Assembly: GCA_002104945.1 (NCBI GenBank)
Contig: MCFH01000006.1
Coordinates: 1,054,001 to 1,118,000 of the forward strand
DNA: 64,000 bases
Reading direction: 5' to 3'
Source: Piromyces finnis finn
Taxonomy: Eukaryota > Fungi > Neocallimastigomycota
The position numbers and the translations under genes are program-made. The number at the start of each line of letters is the position of its first letter. Position 1 is the first letter of the stretch. Positions 1 to 14,732 of this stretch are shown here, piece after piece. Under the pieces are notes generated by a model. It worked only from the letters and a program-made list of their open reading frames with translations, did no database searches and was not told the DNA's origin.

Positions 1-679
1 AAGAAGAAAACAGATTTTGTATTCTATTACAAAAAATTTTTATAAAATGTTTTTTTTTATTATTATTATTAATTTTCATATATAAATTGAATAATTATGA
101 AAAAAAAATTTTTTTTCAAAATTTACTTATTGTTTTAAATTTTACATGAAATGATATAACATACCACTTTCTTTTTTTTTTTTAAAAAAATAATTTATAT
201 TTGATTTGTATAAAATCATAATTAAATGTTATTTGTATATATATATACTAATTTACTAGTTATAAATAAGTAAAATTACGTAAAAATAAAAAAAATTTTA
301 ATGATTTATTTTGACTGATAATACTTATAACATAGATAATGATTATAATAGTTCCGCAATGCAACAGGAGGAGATGTCTACTTTCTTATAATTCTTAAAT
401 TCTTTGGTTGACTAGTGTATTTTTTAATAATTAATAAATTATTTTGAATTATTATTTAATTATAATGTATATATTAATTATTATTATTATAGTTTAAAAA
501 GAAACTTTCACAACTTTTCTTATAAATAGATAATAACATTATTATAGTATTAAAAGATAAAATTTTATATAAATTATATTTTTATAAAATAAGAATAATA
601 ATATAAAAGAAATATATTTAACTTTAAATATATTCCTAAAATTTTTTATCTTTATCTCTATGTATATTAAAATTTCTAA

Positions 680-3600
680 TTACCCTCTTTTTTTCTGGCT
701 TGAATTTTGATTTGAAGGATTTGTTGTTTTTGTCGCTGAATATATATAAGAATATTTGGGATGAGGATTATAATCCTCTTCATCAGAGGTTGATAAAATC
801 TCTTCAATTTCTTTTTCAAGATTATTTGAAGAGATTGAATTTATTTTTTTTAAATTAGTATCATGTAAAATGGAATCTAAATTAAAAGATATAGTAGATG
901 AAGCTGAAAAATTATTATGTTTTTTAGTGTCATTCGATGGTGAAATCCGTTGTTGTTTCGTCATTTTATTTGAGTATGTATTTGAATATTTGTATGGATA
1001 ATGGTGTTGTAATGGTTGCTGACCAGAATTATTGATATAAACATTAGATGATGTAATGGAAGAAGAAAAAATATTACTATTTGAATTTATTTTTTCTGTT
1101 GTTGTTATTGATGATGATGCTGGTGATATACTAATATCTGGTTCATGGTGGTAGTGATAGTAGTTATCAGAAGAATCATATGAATTTTTATTAGGTGATG
1201 AAGTAAACGAAAGTGAAGAAGATTGTGATGAAGAGATCTCGGTATCGAAAAACTGAGAATGATTCGATAATAATAAGGAGGAGGTTTGACTATGTATAGT
1301 ACAGTTTGAATTGGTCTTTTCATTATGTATTGATTTAGTGTTTGTTTTTGATATGATCGGTTCTGTTTTTTCATTTTTTGATAAAAGGGTGGCATTATTA
1401 TACATGGTTTCATTATTGAATTCATTCCTCGGATAATCTTTATTAAATAAAGGATGAAAGGCTTTAGATGGGGTATGACTATGGTCATGCTTTGATTTAT
1501 GAATAAAGTCATTTACTTCTTCATCATGAATTTGATTTTTAATAGGCTTTCGTTGAAATTGTTTTTGATTATTTTTTATATCTCGTTTTTGATGATGATG
1601 ATGACGATGAATTGATGATTGTAATTTCATGGAAGAAATATAAGTAATAGAAGGAATGTCAACTAAAACATCCATTTTTTCATCATCATTATAAATTGTA
1701 TCCATTTCGGTTATGGCTGGTTCTGCTATAATTTCATGCTCTGTTTTAATTTCATTATCAAAATCTAATGAATTTAGGCTAGGAATAAATAAATTTGATG
1801 AAAAAGCTGATGGATGCATCATTTTTTTCACTCTTCTATGAACAAAATGATCTGAATCTTCTGTATTAGATATAGCTTTTTTCTGTTTTTCCTTTTTAGA
1901 TACTAATGGTTCAACGCCTTTTTTTTGATAGGATGATACTTTTTTTTCTGTTACATTTTTAATAGGTAGAATAATATCATTTATTGGCATATCACCAGGA
2001 TTTGTTTTTGACTTTGCCTTATTCAACTTTTCATTTTCACTTTCTTTCTTTGTGTCTCCTCTAGCGTCGCTTTCCTTTTCTTCCATTTGATCAATTTGAT
2101 TAGGTTCTATTTCATTGCTGTAACAACAATGATAATTATAACAACCTTTTCTACTGCTACTACTACTTGGATTATACTCATCTTGAGAGGATATTGCATC
2201 GTTAGTATCTATTGAATCGTTTGATGCTGAATATGGAATTGAAATAATCTTTTTGTCTACCTTACCAAAAGAATCGTTGGTTTTTTTAGGTTTGGTTAAG
2301 GATGTTTCAAATTCAGAAATTTCTTTTATTGTTGGTAATGATTGATGATTTGAATTTCGGATACTTTCATTTATAAATAAATCAATTACAGATGGTCTTG
2401 GCGTGGTTTCTTTGACATCCTTTTCATTCCTGCAGTTTTTATTTGATTCTACGTTCGGTATATGAGTATCATCAAAATTTGATGATAATGATTGGAATGA
2501 TGGTACTATGATTTGAGATGGTATTGATACTTGTTCTTGTTGGGGTGATAAAAGATTATCATCAATACTTTTAGAATTATTCATTAAAGATGGATGTTGA
2601 AATTCCAATGGTTCCTTTTTGTTTGAATTAAAATTTAATGAATCATCAGGTCCATTTGATATATTTATATTATTAAAAGTAATTAAATCATTAACATTGG
2701 ATGAAAATGGAACTGATGATATATAATTTATTTCTGAGTTCCTATGATGGGATTCATTAATTGAATTATTGTCCTTTTGAAGTTTTTCTATTGAAAGTGA
2801 ATTTTGCTTAATGTATCGTTTTGGTTCTCTTATACTACTTCTTTTAGACATTTTATCTCTTTGGGCTTGAATTATAATAACTGATGCTGTGGATGATTCA
2901 GTAGGTAATGAAGATATGGATGGATATTGAATCGTGATAGGTTGATCAGATGATTGACTTATGGATGATGAGAAACTATTTTTACGACATGAATCATTTT
3001 TAAATTTATATATTTTTGATTGCCTCTTTGGAAATTTTATTTTATTTTCATTTGATAGATCAATATCTTGGATATCTTCTGACATATCAGATAATTCATT
3101 AATAACTATATTATCATTAGAAGTAGAGCTTTCATTTTCATTTTGTTGTCGTTGAGTTTCACCATTTGAAGTGAAATACATTTTGGTTGCTTTTGAGTTT
3201 AATTCATTTGGTTTTTTATGATATATTATAGGATAATCTATTGATATGTCATTTTTTTCATTAATATCAATGGAATCAATTTCGGATATTAATGTTTCTA
3301 TCTTATCTATCATTTTATGGGAATGGAGTTTTCCTTGTTGGCAATAAGATTTTTTTGATAATGAACGAGATATTGGTTGTGGCTGTTGTTGTTGACTATT
3401 TTCTTCAAACAAATCAATACTATTGTGATATGGATTAGATAATTGTTCATTGAAAGAATCCTTGCTATTATTCATTATTCTTGAACTATACGATTTTTCT
3501 TTTGGCTTAAATAATATATCACTCTTACGTCCACGTAGAATGGTAATACAGTCATATTCATCATTATTAGTCATAGTAATATCATGATCAGTAAAAGATG

Positions 3601-6356
3601 ATACACTTTTTATTTTCATGCTATTATTATCATTATTATGTTTTTTCGATTTTTCTTCATCATCATTTATTGAACCAGTATGACTTAATTCATTAGTTTT
3701 TAAATCTATGATTTGATTTTCGTCTTGTGTCATTTCAAGTGGTTCTTTTTTTGGTTGAGTTGATTCTATTAATTTAACAGTATCCACAGCTTCAATGCTA
3801 TCTTTATTACTATTCGTAAGTCTGAGATTATCCTTGGGAAGATGATCATATTCAATATTTGTAATGTTTGTGAATGAATTATCTTGTTGTAATTGTATTT
3901 TTGAAGGAATTCTATCAATTTCTTCATCATGTTTTTTAATTTCTGTATATTGTTCTGATTTATCTCTGAGTGTACCTTTTTCTTCTTCTTCATTCTTTTT
4001 ACAACTTTCTTCTAGCTTTCTTATATAAGATATGCAGTTTAATGGCATAGAATTAAAAAGATTTCTATTATATTTACTATAATCAGATCGCTCTTCTGGA
4101 TTATTAGACAATAACTTAGAAATAACATACTTTAATTCGAAAGAAAAATTTTGTATTTGTGGTCGTTTAATAATATCATTGTCTTTTTCTCGTTTATCCA
4201 ATTTCCATTTGATTCTATTTCGATATGGACATTCAAATAGCATACATTCATATAGAGTTGCACCAATACTCCATAAATCGCTATTATAGCTTGCTTCAAC
4301 ACCATTAACTATCTCTGGTGCCATATATTGTAAGGTTCCCACATGTCCTTTATTAACAATAATATTATTTTTGGTATAAATAGCTAATCCAAAATCAACT
4401 ATTTTTAAAACAGGTAAATATTGATAATGAATGAGGGAACGAATATCAATCATATTTTCTTGATTCATATTAACATTATCATTTGTATTTTCAAAAGACT
4501 TATTCGATAGTGAAGAGAAAGATTTCTTCATATACATATCATTGTCTTGCCATCCAATATGAACTTTACTTAATTGTTGATGAAGAGATATAAGACTATT
4601 TTTTTTTTCAAAACTGTTACTTTTATCAATATAATATTTCATTGGAAGAGAAGAACTTGATTGAACAAGCATAATATTTTGAGGTTTGATATCTCTGTGA
4701 ATTATTTTCTTTTTGTGAATGTATTCAATAGCAGATACTAATAATAATAATAATAATTATTTTATTTACATTATAAATAAAATATAAAATAAAAAGAATA
4801 AAAAAAAACAATGAAGACGAAATTTATTAAATATAGAAAAAAATAAAAGATATAAATTATATATATTTCAATAAAAGGAATAAATTAAATAAACCTGATA
4901 AAAATTAAAATTTTACCTAATTGTTTATAAAATATTCTAACTACCACTTCATTTAAACAATTTCCCGGTCCAAGGTATGGATTAGCTCCATTATCTAATA
5001 TCCAATTTTTATTTATTATTCCTTTTTTCATAATATATTCTTTAAGGGTTCCTTGATCACAGTACTCTGTAATGATAAATATTTTATTTTTATCAGCCTT
5101 TATTTTTTTTATGTTTTAATGAGGAATGAACGAAAATTTTTATTTATAAGAAAAAGAAATAATTTAATAAATTTAAAAATATTATTAATTTAATAAAAAA
5201 AATAGAAAATAAAAAGATAATAAGGAAGAAATATAATATAATAATACAATAGGGATATGATGATATATACCCATGAAGTAATGAACTTTTGAATATTTAT
5301 ATGATTTAATTCTCTTAAGAATAAAGCTTCCTTTATCGTCTTTTTATACTTTTTTTCTGATTCGACCGTTAATGAATTTTTATCTTTGGCTATATATATG
5401 ACTTTTAAAACATGTTTTATTGGTAATCCTAATGATTTATTGGCGGGTTTTAATTCATTATTTGATGAAGTTCTTTTGACAGAGGATTCTTTTTCGTTAT
5501 CACAATAATTAACAATTGAATTAGAATTTAACGTCAAATTCAAACTGCTATGACTAAATCCACCACCTTCGAATACATTTTTTTCAGTCACCAAATAAAG
5601 TTGAGCATGTGCCGTACTAACTAATTCTTTCAATATTTTATATTTATATTTTTCAAAAGGAATGAACGTTTCCTCTTTAATATAATTTTTATTAATATAA
5701 ACAGAAATTTTTTTCGGTATTGTAATGATTTTAGTTGTATGGTTTGATTCAGCAAGAGCATTGGTAGTATCATCACTATTAGGTATTTCTGTTATTAAAC
5801 TATTATCATTTATATTTAAATTGTCATTATGAATTAATGCTTTAGTAACATCCTCTTCTTTTTTAATTAAATTTTGTGATTGGTTATTAATCTGATGATT
5901 ATATAGATAACTATTAGAAGCATTGGTATTTTTTTCACTTAACACTATTTCATTTTCATCTTTAAATATTTTTATATTATTTATTATGGCTTCTGTAAAT
6001 TGATTTATACTAATATTTGGATTTTTAATAAGCTCTGAAAATGCTATTTCCAAAGCACTCCTATAATTTTCATATTTATTAAATGATGGTGATGACGATG
6101 GATAGTAACAAGATAAGGATTGGAAACAAATAATATTTCCTGGGGTATTTACTGATAATGAATATTCTCCAAAATTTTCATTATCATGATAATTATAAAG
6201 ATAATTGCTTAAATTAGGAAGGGATATTTTATGTTCATCTAATTGATAACTATCTTTTTTTGAATTTATATCCTCATAATTAAAATAATAATCTAACCAA
6301 ACAGTTAATCTACTTCCTAAAGGAATTAAATTAAATATATTTCCATTTCCATTTAT
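680..6356 (-). CDS. Ser/Thr protein kinase (NEK-like), multi-exon, followed by ~1100-aa low-complexity C-terminal tail; exons approx 6356-5271, 5097-4919, 4737-680
   Basis: Spliced by eye via GT/AG sites: HVLKVIY (beta3 Lys), KEALFLRELNHINIQKF (alphaC), IITEYCDQGTL, IHRDIKPQNIML, LKIVDFG, GTLQYMAPE, DLWSIG. ORF track pieces are 5190-6053 and 680-4672. Confidence 0.88.
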
Positions 6357-6506
6357 CTTTTAATATTAAGTATAAGTAATTATATTACTGTTAGAATACA
6401 TTTATAATTTGTAACATATTTTTTTTTTTTTTTTTTTGGATATAAATATTTTGTAGAGTCGATTTTAATAAATAAATTTTTTTTAATACAAAAAAATTTT
6501 AACATA

Positions 6507-7453
6507 CATCAATATTTAGTATATCATTGAAAGTAATAACTTTTTCTTCTGAATCATTTTCAATATATGATTTTAATTCACTTCTTCTTCCTTAATAATC
6601 GTTTTTATTTATATATATTATATATATATATTATAGTATTTTAATATTGTGCTATAATATCATTGTTGTATTTATATGATATTCTATTAATAAAAAATTA
6701 CCACAATTTAATGATGGACCTAATATATGAATTAAATTAGAATTAATAATAATATTATTATTAACAGACTTTTTAAAATTAATGTATTTACCAATATAAT
6801 ACAGAAAATACCATTCATTTCCTCTCTAAATTTTTTTTTTTTTAATTTTTAATTTATAAATATAAATAATATATTAATAAATATAATTTCTTCAGAAGGG
6901 AGGGTATAAAATTTTTTATTTTATAAAATTTAAGATTAAATGAAAAATAAACCTACAGATACAAATGTTTGTAAATCATTTATTATATTTGCTTTCGATA
7001 TAAACTGATCGTCATTATTTGAAATATATATTATATTTTCATCTAAAAAATGATATATATTTTTCAGTATCTATTAATATGTATTTAATATTATTAGTAT
7101 TTTTTTTTAACTATATAAATTATAAATAATAATAATATATTATTGTGGAATCAATTACATTTTTTACATGATTAACATTAAATGACACTAGAAATATATT
7201 AAATATTAATGTTAATAATTAAATATGTTAATTAATTATTAATATTATTGCTACTATTGCTTTACATTGTTGATTCACTGATTTTTCAAGCTGGTTAATG
7301 ATAAGTGCAATTTTCTGTGATTAAACATATTGATATATAAAAAAAATAATTGATATCAATATAAATATAAAATATAAAATAATAAAATATAAAATAATAA
7401 AATATAAAATAATAAAATAAAAAACTTACTTTAATTGAAGCTATTCTTTCCAT
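6507..7453 (-). CDS. Probable small 5' exons of the kinase gene (or a separate small gene)
   Basis: ATG at 7453 gives MERIASIK followed by GTAAGT. Further open, GC-richer segments include KIALIINQLEKSVNQQCKAIV (~7315-7250), ISNNDDQFISKANIINDLQTFVSV (~7025-6953) and RRSELKSYIENDSEEKVITFNDILNID (~6590-6507), which ends in GTATG and joins in frame to the 6356 exon. Confidence 0.45.
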
Positions 7454-8176
7454 TATTATATTTTAACCTATCTACTATTATTATATGTGAAATATTTAAA
7501 AAAAAAATAATAAAAATTACTTTCTCAAAAATAAAAAAAAAAAAAAACTCCTTTTATTTTACTAAATAAAAAGTATAATTTCTTTTATGCAATTAGTTAA
7601 AATACATGTTATATTTTATAAAAAAGAAATTTACAATAATAATAAAAACTAATTTCGAATTTAAAGGAATATTAAATGACATTTATATATATATATTTAA
7701 TATTTACTTAAAGATATATAATTAAATTATTTTCTATAAAAAAAAATTAAGTGCGATAAAGAAAACTTTAATTTAAAATAATGTTTCTATAAATAATTAT
7801 AGTTAATTAAAAAAAAAAAGTTAACGGTTACAATCTATATTGTAAAAATAATTATTAATAATTAATAATAATGAAATTAATAATAGGAATAAATACATAA
7901 ATGAATACAAACATTAACTCAAAAAAAGTTTGATTTGAATTTAAAGTTTTATTTCAAAAAATATTAATATATTAATAAATATATTCTTTTATATATACAT
8001 AATTCTTATTTATATTTAAAAATAAGGATGAATCCTAAATAAATAAATAAAAAAAAAAGGAATATGAAATATTTATTAAATATAACTATTTACAGGAATA
8101 TGAAAAGATAGATAAATAAAATGATTTCTTAAACAACTATATTTATTATACTATGGTAGAATAACTATTAATATTA

Positions 8177-10161
8177 TTAAAAAACTATGAAGAAAAAACT
8201 AATAGCATCCCGATCTATTTCTTAATATAATCAAATAAGTTTCTCTGGTTCTGCATTTTCTATTAATGTAATAATAATAAAAAAAGTCAATTGATGGTAA
8301 ATTAAAATAAAAAATATATCTTTTTATATAATAATACTTTTAAAGAATTAAGAACAAGATAAGGAATTTCACTTAAGCGTTTATTTGCCTTTATAGATTC
8401 AATAATCCATTTATCATTAACTAATTTATAATGATTAGTTTTGCTATTAATATATTTTTGAATTTTTGATTCACTACAATATAAAAAAAAATATCAGTAA
8501 AAATAAAGCGATTTATTATAACAATTATTAATAGTTTTATTTTACCATAAAGATGAGCATATAACATGGGTCACCTTAGTTTCTGACATATACCAACTTA
8601 AAAATAACAAATTATCAATAATTTTCTTTTCTTTTTTTTTTTTAATATTTATTTTATTATTAAAAAGCAAAAAACATTTACCAAACTTTTCCTCCATGAA
8701 TTCTAATTAATCGTTTTAATTCAACATCGGTACAATTTCTGGAAAATCCTATTATTATAGGTATATAATAGTATTTTTAGTTAATGAATGAAAAAAATAA
8801 TATTTTAAGTATGTAATACAAAGAAAAGGAAATTAAAAGAAATACCATTAATATATACGACTACTCCTTTAAAGATATCACTGACCTTAAAAAAAAAAAT
8901 GAAAATAATAATTATATAATTAATAATATAATATTAATAACATTAAATATTCCTATTTGATAATACATAAAATTTTTTCTTTATATTTACTTGATCTTCA
9001 GTACTTTGTTGTCCTATTTTACTTTCTCTATTGTCCATATATGGTTTCAAACCTTTAAGTTTTAATTCTTTATTATTTTTTTCCTTTTTTATATAGTTTG
9101 GATCTACATAACCTATACAACTTTTCATAGCCCCTGTTGATGGATTATCATATATAACTGATGAAAAATTAAAATTCATTCTTTCAACATCAACATTTTC
9201 CTCAATTGGCGCTTGACTTAGATGAAAAGAATGTGAAAATACAGGATTGTGTTTAAATGAACCTGATATAAAAATATTAATTTACATATTAATTTAATAA
9301 GCAATAATTATATAAAAATAATTATATTTATTATTATTATTTACATTTTTTAAGATTAATTGTTTTAGAATCTGAGCCTTTTATGTGATTTAACTTGGAA
9401 TCACTCTCCTTATGAACCAAAGCTTTATTTAAAGCTTTGTCATTATTATTAGTGAATGAATTTGAACTTGAAATAGAATCATTGATATTTTTCATATTAT
9501 CAACGAATGGTTGTTGATTTTCATTTTTTATCTTTACACTTCTATCTTCTTGAATGTAAATATGTTGAGGATGCTGCTGTGCTTTTTCTATTTTTTCTTT
9601 ATCTTTCAGAATACGATTAGATAACATTGTATTATTGGTGATTTCTTTATTATTAGATTTATTATTTTTATTACTATTATTATTACAGTTGTTATTGCCA
9701 AATACTGAAATACGTTTTATATGACAGGGATTGTTTAAATTGTTTGAGTCTTTCATTATATTTTTTAGTTCATTACTATTATCTATAACATTTTTGTATA
9801 ACTTTTCTTCTTTTACTATATTATTAACATTGTAACATTTTTTCTTCTTTACTGTATTATCTATTTGAGAACATGGAATATCTGAAAAATAGACATCCTG
9901 AAAAATATTTTCAATTCTATCCTTATCTTTTAAAGTATATAATTCATTTGAAAAATCACAAGAATCGCATTTCTCTGAAATCTCATCCACATTATTAATT
10001 TTATTTTCTTTCAAAAGATAATTTTTAGCATCATAACTATTAAAATGTGATACTTCTTCTTTACTATTATTTTTATAATGTTTATATAACTCTAGATTTT
10101 CTATTTTTTTTTTTTTTATAATTGAATTTGAAATTTTTTGGAAATCTAATTTTCTTTTCAT
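8177..10161 (-). CDS. Multi-exon protein with C-terminal REV1-like BRCT domain, no polymerase domain
   Basis: Short exons at ~8886-8846, 8758-8684, 8597-8545 and 8478-8338 splice to IFKGVVVYINGFSRNCTDVELKRLIRIHGGKV-YMSETKVTHVICSSL-ESKIQKY...VNDKWIIESIKANKRLSEIPY, a recognisable REV1-type BRCT pattern. N-terminal exons 10161-9343 and ~9259-8989 are low complexity. Confidence 0.72.
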
Positions 10162-10676
10162 AGAAAAAATTTCATTAAATTCTTTTGTAATATTATCTTA
10201 AATTATAAGTAATAATAAGTAAAAAAACGTCATAGTAATTATTAATAACAATAATTGAAAGTAGGTATAAATAATAATAACAAATGACATATTAATTAAA
10301 AAGAAAAAAAAGAGTTTAATTCTGCTTAACGGTGGCTAAGTATAAAGGATTTTTCAAATAATAACACCTTTTTAAAAGCAAACTTCAATAAATTAATTCA
10401 ATTATTTACATCTCATATCAACATTTCGTTTTGTTTAAATAATATAATTACTCTTACCTTTTTTTTTATTCTTAGTTATAATAAAATATTTCTCCATTTC
10501 AATTATAAAATAAGAAAAAGAAAAAGAAAAAAAAATAAAAAAAAAAATTAATAATTTTTCATTTTATATTTTTATATCATAGTATCACATGATTAAGTGG
10601 TAATTTATTAAATTTTTATGTATCACTATTTTTTTTAATATTAAATATTAAAGTAGCATATATTTAATATTAGACA

Positions 10677-10855
10677 TATTTTATTTTATTTTATTTTATT
10701 TTATTTTATTTTATTTTATTTTATTTTATTTTATTTTATTTTATTTTATTTTATTTTATTTTATTTTATTTTATTTTATTTTATTTTATTTTATTTTATT
10801 TTATTTTATTTTATTTTATTTTATTTTATTTTATTTTATTTTATTTTATTTTATT
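10677..10855. repeat. (TTTTA)n pentanucleotide microsatellite, ~36 units
   Basis: Uninterrupted ttatt/ttttta periodicity read directly. Confidence 0.95.
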
Positions 10856-11162
10856 CTTTGGTGCTACTATATTTTCTTAATCTTTTTTTTAAGGTAATAA
10901 AGTTGTTATTTGTCTTTAAATTTTCACTTAATTAATAATAATTATTTAAATGAAAATATTCTAAATTGTTTTTTTTTTCTTCAATATTAATATATAAATA
11001 ATTATTTACATTATTAAATAAATATACATATACATTTGTCACAATTATCAATATTATGGATATTATATAATTAATGTCGATAAACTGATAATTAAATTAT
11101 AAATAATTAATTAATTATAAGATTATTTTTTCATAATATATATTATAATTTTGTTTACTAAT

Positions 11163-12292
11163 TTAAAACTTTGATATAAGTTCAGCCATATTTTTTAAAT
11201 TAAAAATGGAGAGAGCCATAATCAAAGGAATATCAACTTTTGATGAAATTTCTAAAACCCATCCACGATTAAGTTTTTCTTCAAAGTTATTTAATCTTCT
11301 TATTAAACCAATAACATTTCCACCCTTTTCAGGATAATTATTATAGATGAATGTAGTTTGATTGTATGTATCACATACACATACAAGTGTAACTCTATCA
11401 TTGTCAAATTTATTGGTAATTTCAACAATAATTTTAAAATGCTCATCTAATTTATTTAAATAGACAATATCACAAATTTTTTCTTTATTATTATTAAAAA
11501 TTCTAATAAAAAATAAGTAATAAAATATTTATTTATTTTATTAGTAATTTGTTTATATATTATTTATTATAAAAATATTATAGAAAATAAAATTTATTTA
11601 TTTATTTATACTTACTGTTTTTTCTTTATATTTAAAATTGTAGCACCTTTATTATTTGTTAATACTGCTTTGCTTTTTGAAAATTTAACACCATGACATG
11701 AATAAATATTTTCATTATTATTTTTAATATATTCATATTTCTCATTTACTGGAAGAAAAGAAAATTCATTTTGATGTAATTTAGAATTATTACAAAGAAT
11801 TCTAAAGTATGAAGATGTAGAACTAATATAATTGTTATTAGTTACTAAAATTGGTTTAAATATTGGTAACATATAAAATGGTTTCTTGATAGTTTTATTT
11901 ATGGAGAGTTCTGAGGTTTGAGAATGGGTTGAATATGATGTAATAGATGAATTTAAACATGGTGAACCAGGAAGAGATTCAGTGAAAGGAGAGTCGAAAT
12001 AATCTGAACTTGAGCTTACTCTTGGAGAGCGCATATAAATTGGCTTCTTTCTAATTGAAGATGTTGATATAGTTAAATTTTGATATGATGCTCCTCTTTT
12101 CTTTGCAATGATATCAATTGGTGATTTTGGACCATCATTTAAGCTTGAAGGTATTTGAAGAAAAGATGAAGCTGGAGAAGAAGTTGGGGATACAATAGGT
12201 GATGGAAGTGGTGATGATCCTCTTGAATAAGATGAGTAATCTCTAGTCATTGATAACTGAGAACAATAATAAATTGAATCAGTGTAACGCAT
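11163..12292 (-). CDS. Two-exon protein: Ser/Pro-rich N-terminus plus LURP-one/tubby-C-like (scramblase-like) C-terminal domain
   Basis: Exon 1 is ORF 11612-12292, ending at a GTAAGT donor. Exon 2 (~11505-11163) reads IFNNNKEKICDIVYL...VIGLIRR...RGWVLEISSKVDIPLIMALSIF...KF*. The ending resembles the LOR/tubby-C VDxxxIxAL motif. Confidence 0.55.
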
Positions 12293-14523
12293 TTTAAAAT
12301 AATAATTTCAAAGTATAACTGATATAATGTAAAATAATATTTTTTAAAAGCTTAATTGATGTACGATTTAAAAAAAGTTTTTTCTTTGATATAATAAACT
12401 GAATAAGATGAAATTAATAGTACTTTATAGATTAAATATGTAAAATATTAATTTCATCAAATTCAATATTCTTTTATTCTTTTTTTATTATTTTATTTTA
12501 ATTATTTCTTTTTTTCTTATTATTTCAATAATAAATATTTATGGAAAAAAAAAAAAAAAAAAAAAGGAAAAAAAATTTCGTATTTATATTAACAAGTATT
12601 TAATTAACCATTAAATTAAAATTATATTTTTAATATATTTATATTATTATTGTGAGATTTATTTATAGTAAAAATTTTCATATAAATATTTATTCTAAAT
12701 ATAGAAGGTTAGTTATGTGTAACAATAATATTTTTTAAATTTTTACGGTTACTAACGGTTTGTTTTTTTTTAATTAATTTATTTATTTTTCATTCATTGT
12801 GTAATGCTAATAACAAAAGAAAAAGAAAATAAGTAAATGATAGTTTCAAACTAAATAAATCTAAAGAAATTTAATAATATTTTAAATATTATAATAGTTA
12901 GAAATATCTCATAACTTAATTTATAATATTAAAAAAATTTTTTTAATAAAAAATAATAATAATAAATGAAAGAAAAAAGCATTATCATAAGACATATTGA
13001 TAGTACAAAAAAAAAAAAAGAATTTATTTATTCGTCATATTAATACTTCATGCATGTTTCCTTTGATAATATTAAGGGGGTGGAAGGATATCAATTTTTC
13101 TTTGAAAAAAATTATTATCATGATATTTTCTAATAATGAAATAATAATGATAAATAATGAAAATATATAATTTCTTTTTTTCTTTGAAAAAACTATTATC
13201 CTTAAATTCTAATAATACAATAATAATGATAAATAATGAAAACATTTAATCTTATTAAATATTTACATTATAATAATTACGTATAGCCATATTTTCTTAT
13301 TATGAACTTGCAATATTTAATAACTTTAAACCAATAGATGTCTCATTTAAAGCTGATGAAAAAAATATTAAAAGTTCAATATAATCAAAAATGATCCATT
13401 TAGAAGAATTAGATTAATAATTATTTATTTAACAATACATTTTTAATTAAATAATGGTTTTCTTTATAAAATATTTAATTATATGCATATAAATATATAA
13501 TTATAAAATATAGTTTTTTTTTCCTTTGTTTATACTCATTTTTATTTTAACATTTATATAAATATATTTTTGTTTATACTCATTTTATTTTACATTAGTT
13601 TTTTTAATCAAGAGATCTAATTAAATAAAAAATAAAAACCAATAAATTTAAATTAATATTTATAATTATTTAAAATGGTAGATATATAAAAAAAAACATT
13701 AAAAGAAACTAAATAAAAAAATAATAATAATAACCAAGTATAAATTATTTATAAAACTTTAAGTGATATTAATGATATTAATAGTTCATACATAAATAAT
13801 TATGGAATAAAGTTCTCATAAAAAATATTGTATTAATTAAAATTTTAATAATTAAAATTGAGTAAATTTTATTATTATAAAATTAAATGTTTATATTATT
13901 GAAGAATTTTATAATATTGAAATTTGAAAGTTGCGCTAAGACATTTTAAATGAATAAAGTTTATGTTTTATTAATTAAAAAATAAGGTACCTATATTTTG
14001 ATAACCGAGACATGCAAAAAAAAATTATTATAAGATGGAAAATTAAAAGGATATTTACTCTATTCTTTACAAAAAATTTAAAAAATTTATTATTAATTCA
14101 AAATTGAAATAAATAATGATTTTATTATCAGAGATATTTGTTATATAATAATATAAATATATATTTATTAACTTATATAAAATGATATAACAATTAAAAT
14201 AAAATAACTTTATAGGTTTTGCATAATATTAAATACATAATTTACTACATCAATATAAAATAATGTATTAATATATATGAAAGGTATAATCTATATAAAA
14301 TTTAGTTTATTAGTTATAATTTAGTTTTCTACTTTGATTTATATTTGTTGATATATATATTAGGAAAGTTGATTTATCATCAATTAAATTACAATCAAAT
14401 ATATTATTATTAATAATTTTTAGCAAAGAATTTACTATAATAAAATTTAATTAATAATTTATATTGATATATTAAAAATATAATATCAAAAGTTTTCACA
14501 TAATATGATTGAAATTAATTAAA

Positions 14524-14591
14524 TAAATCATTCATTAATCAGTATTAGTAATTCCTTATAAATCATTCATTAATCAGTATTAGTAATTCCT
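14524..14591. repeat. 35-bp direct tandem duplication ~140 bp upstream of the expansin-like ATG
   Basis: taaatcattcattaatcagtattagtaattcct occurs at 14524 and at 14559. Confidence 0.85.
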
Positions 14592-14732
14592 AATAGTATT
14601 TTGTTGTATTATGAAAAGAAAAAAAAATAATTATATTTGAATCGAAAAAAATATTAATAAAAAAAAAAGTATAAATAGAGTTGTTTATCATTTATGAGTT
14701 TTTTTATTAATTTCAGTAAAACTTATTCAAAA

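Noticed and set aside
336-400. GC-richer island, possible terminal exon of a plus-strand gene from outside the window
   Set aside because: An acceptor-like catag and a short open frame are present, but they are too short to support without upstream sequence.
13090-13420. Degenerate ~85-bp duplication and short open stretch, possible gene remnant
   Set aside because: Low-complexity AT-rich sequence with no recognisable protein motif or splice structure.
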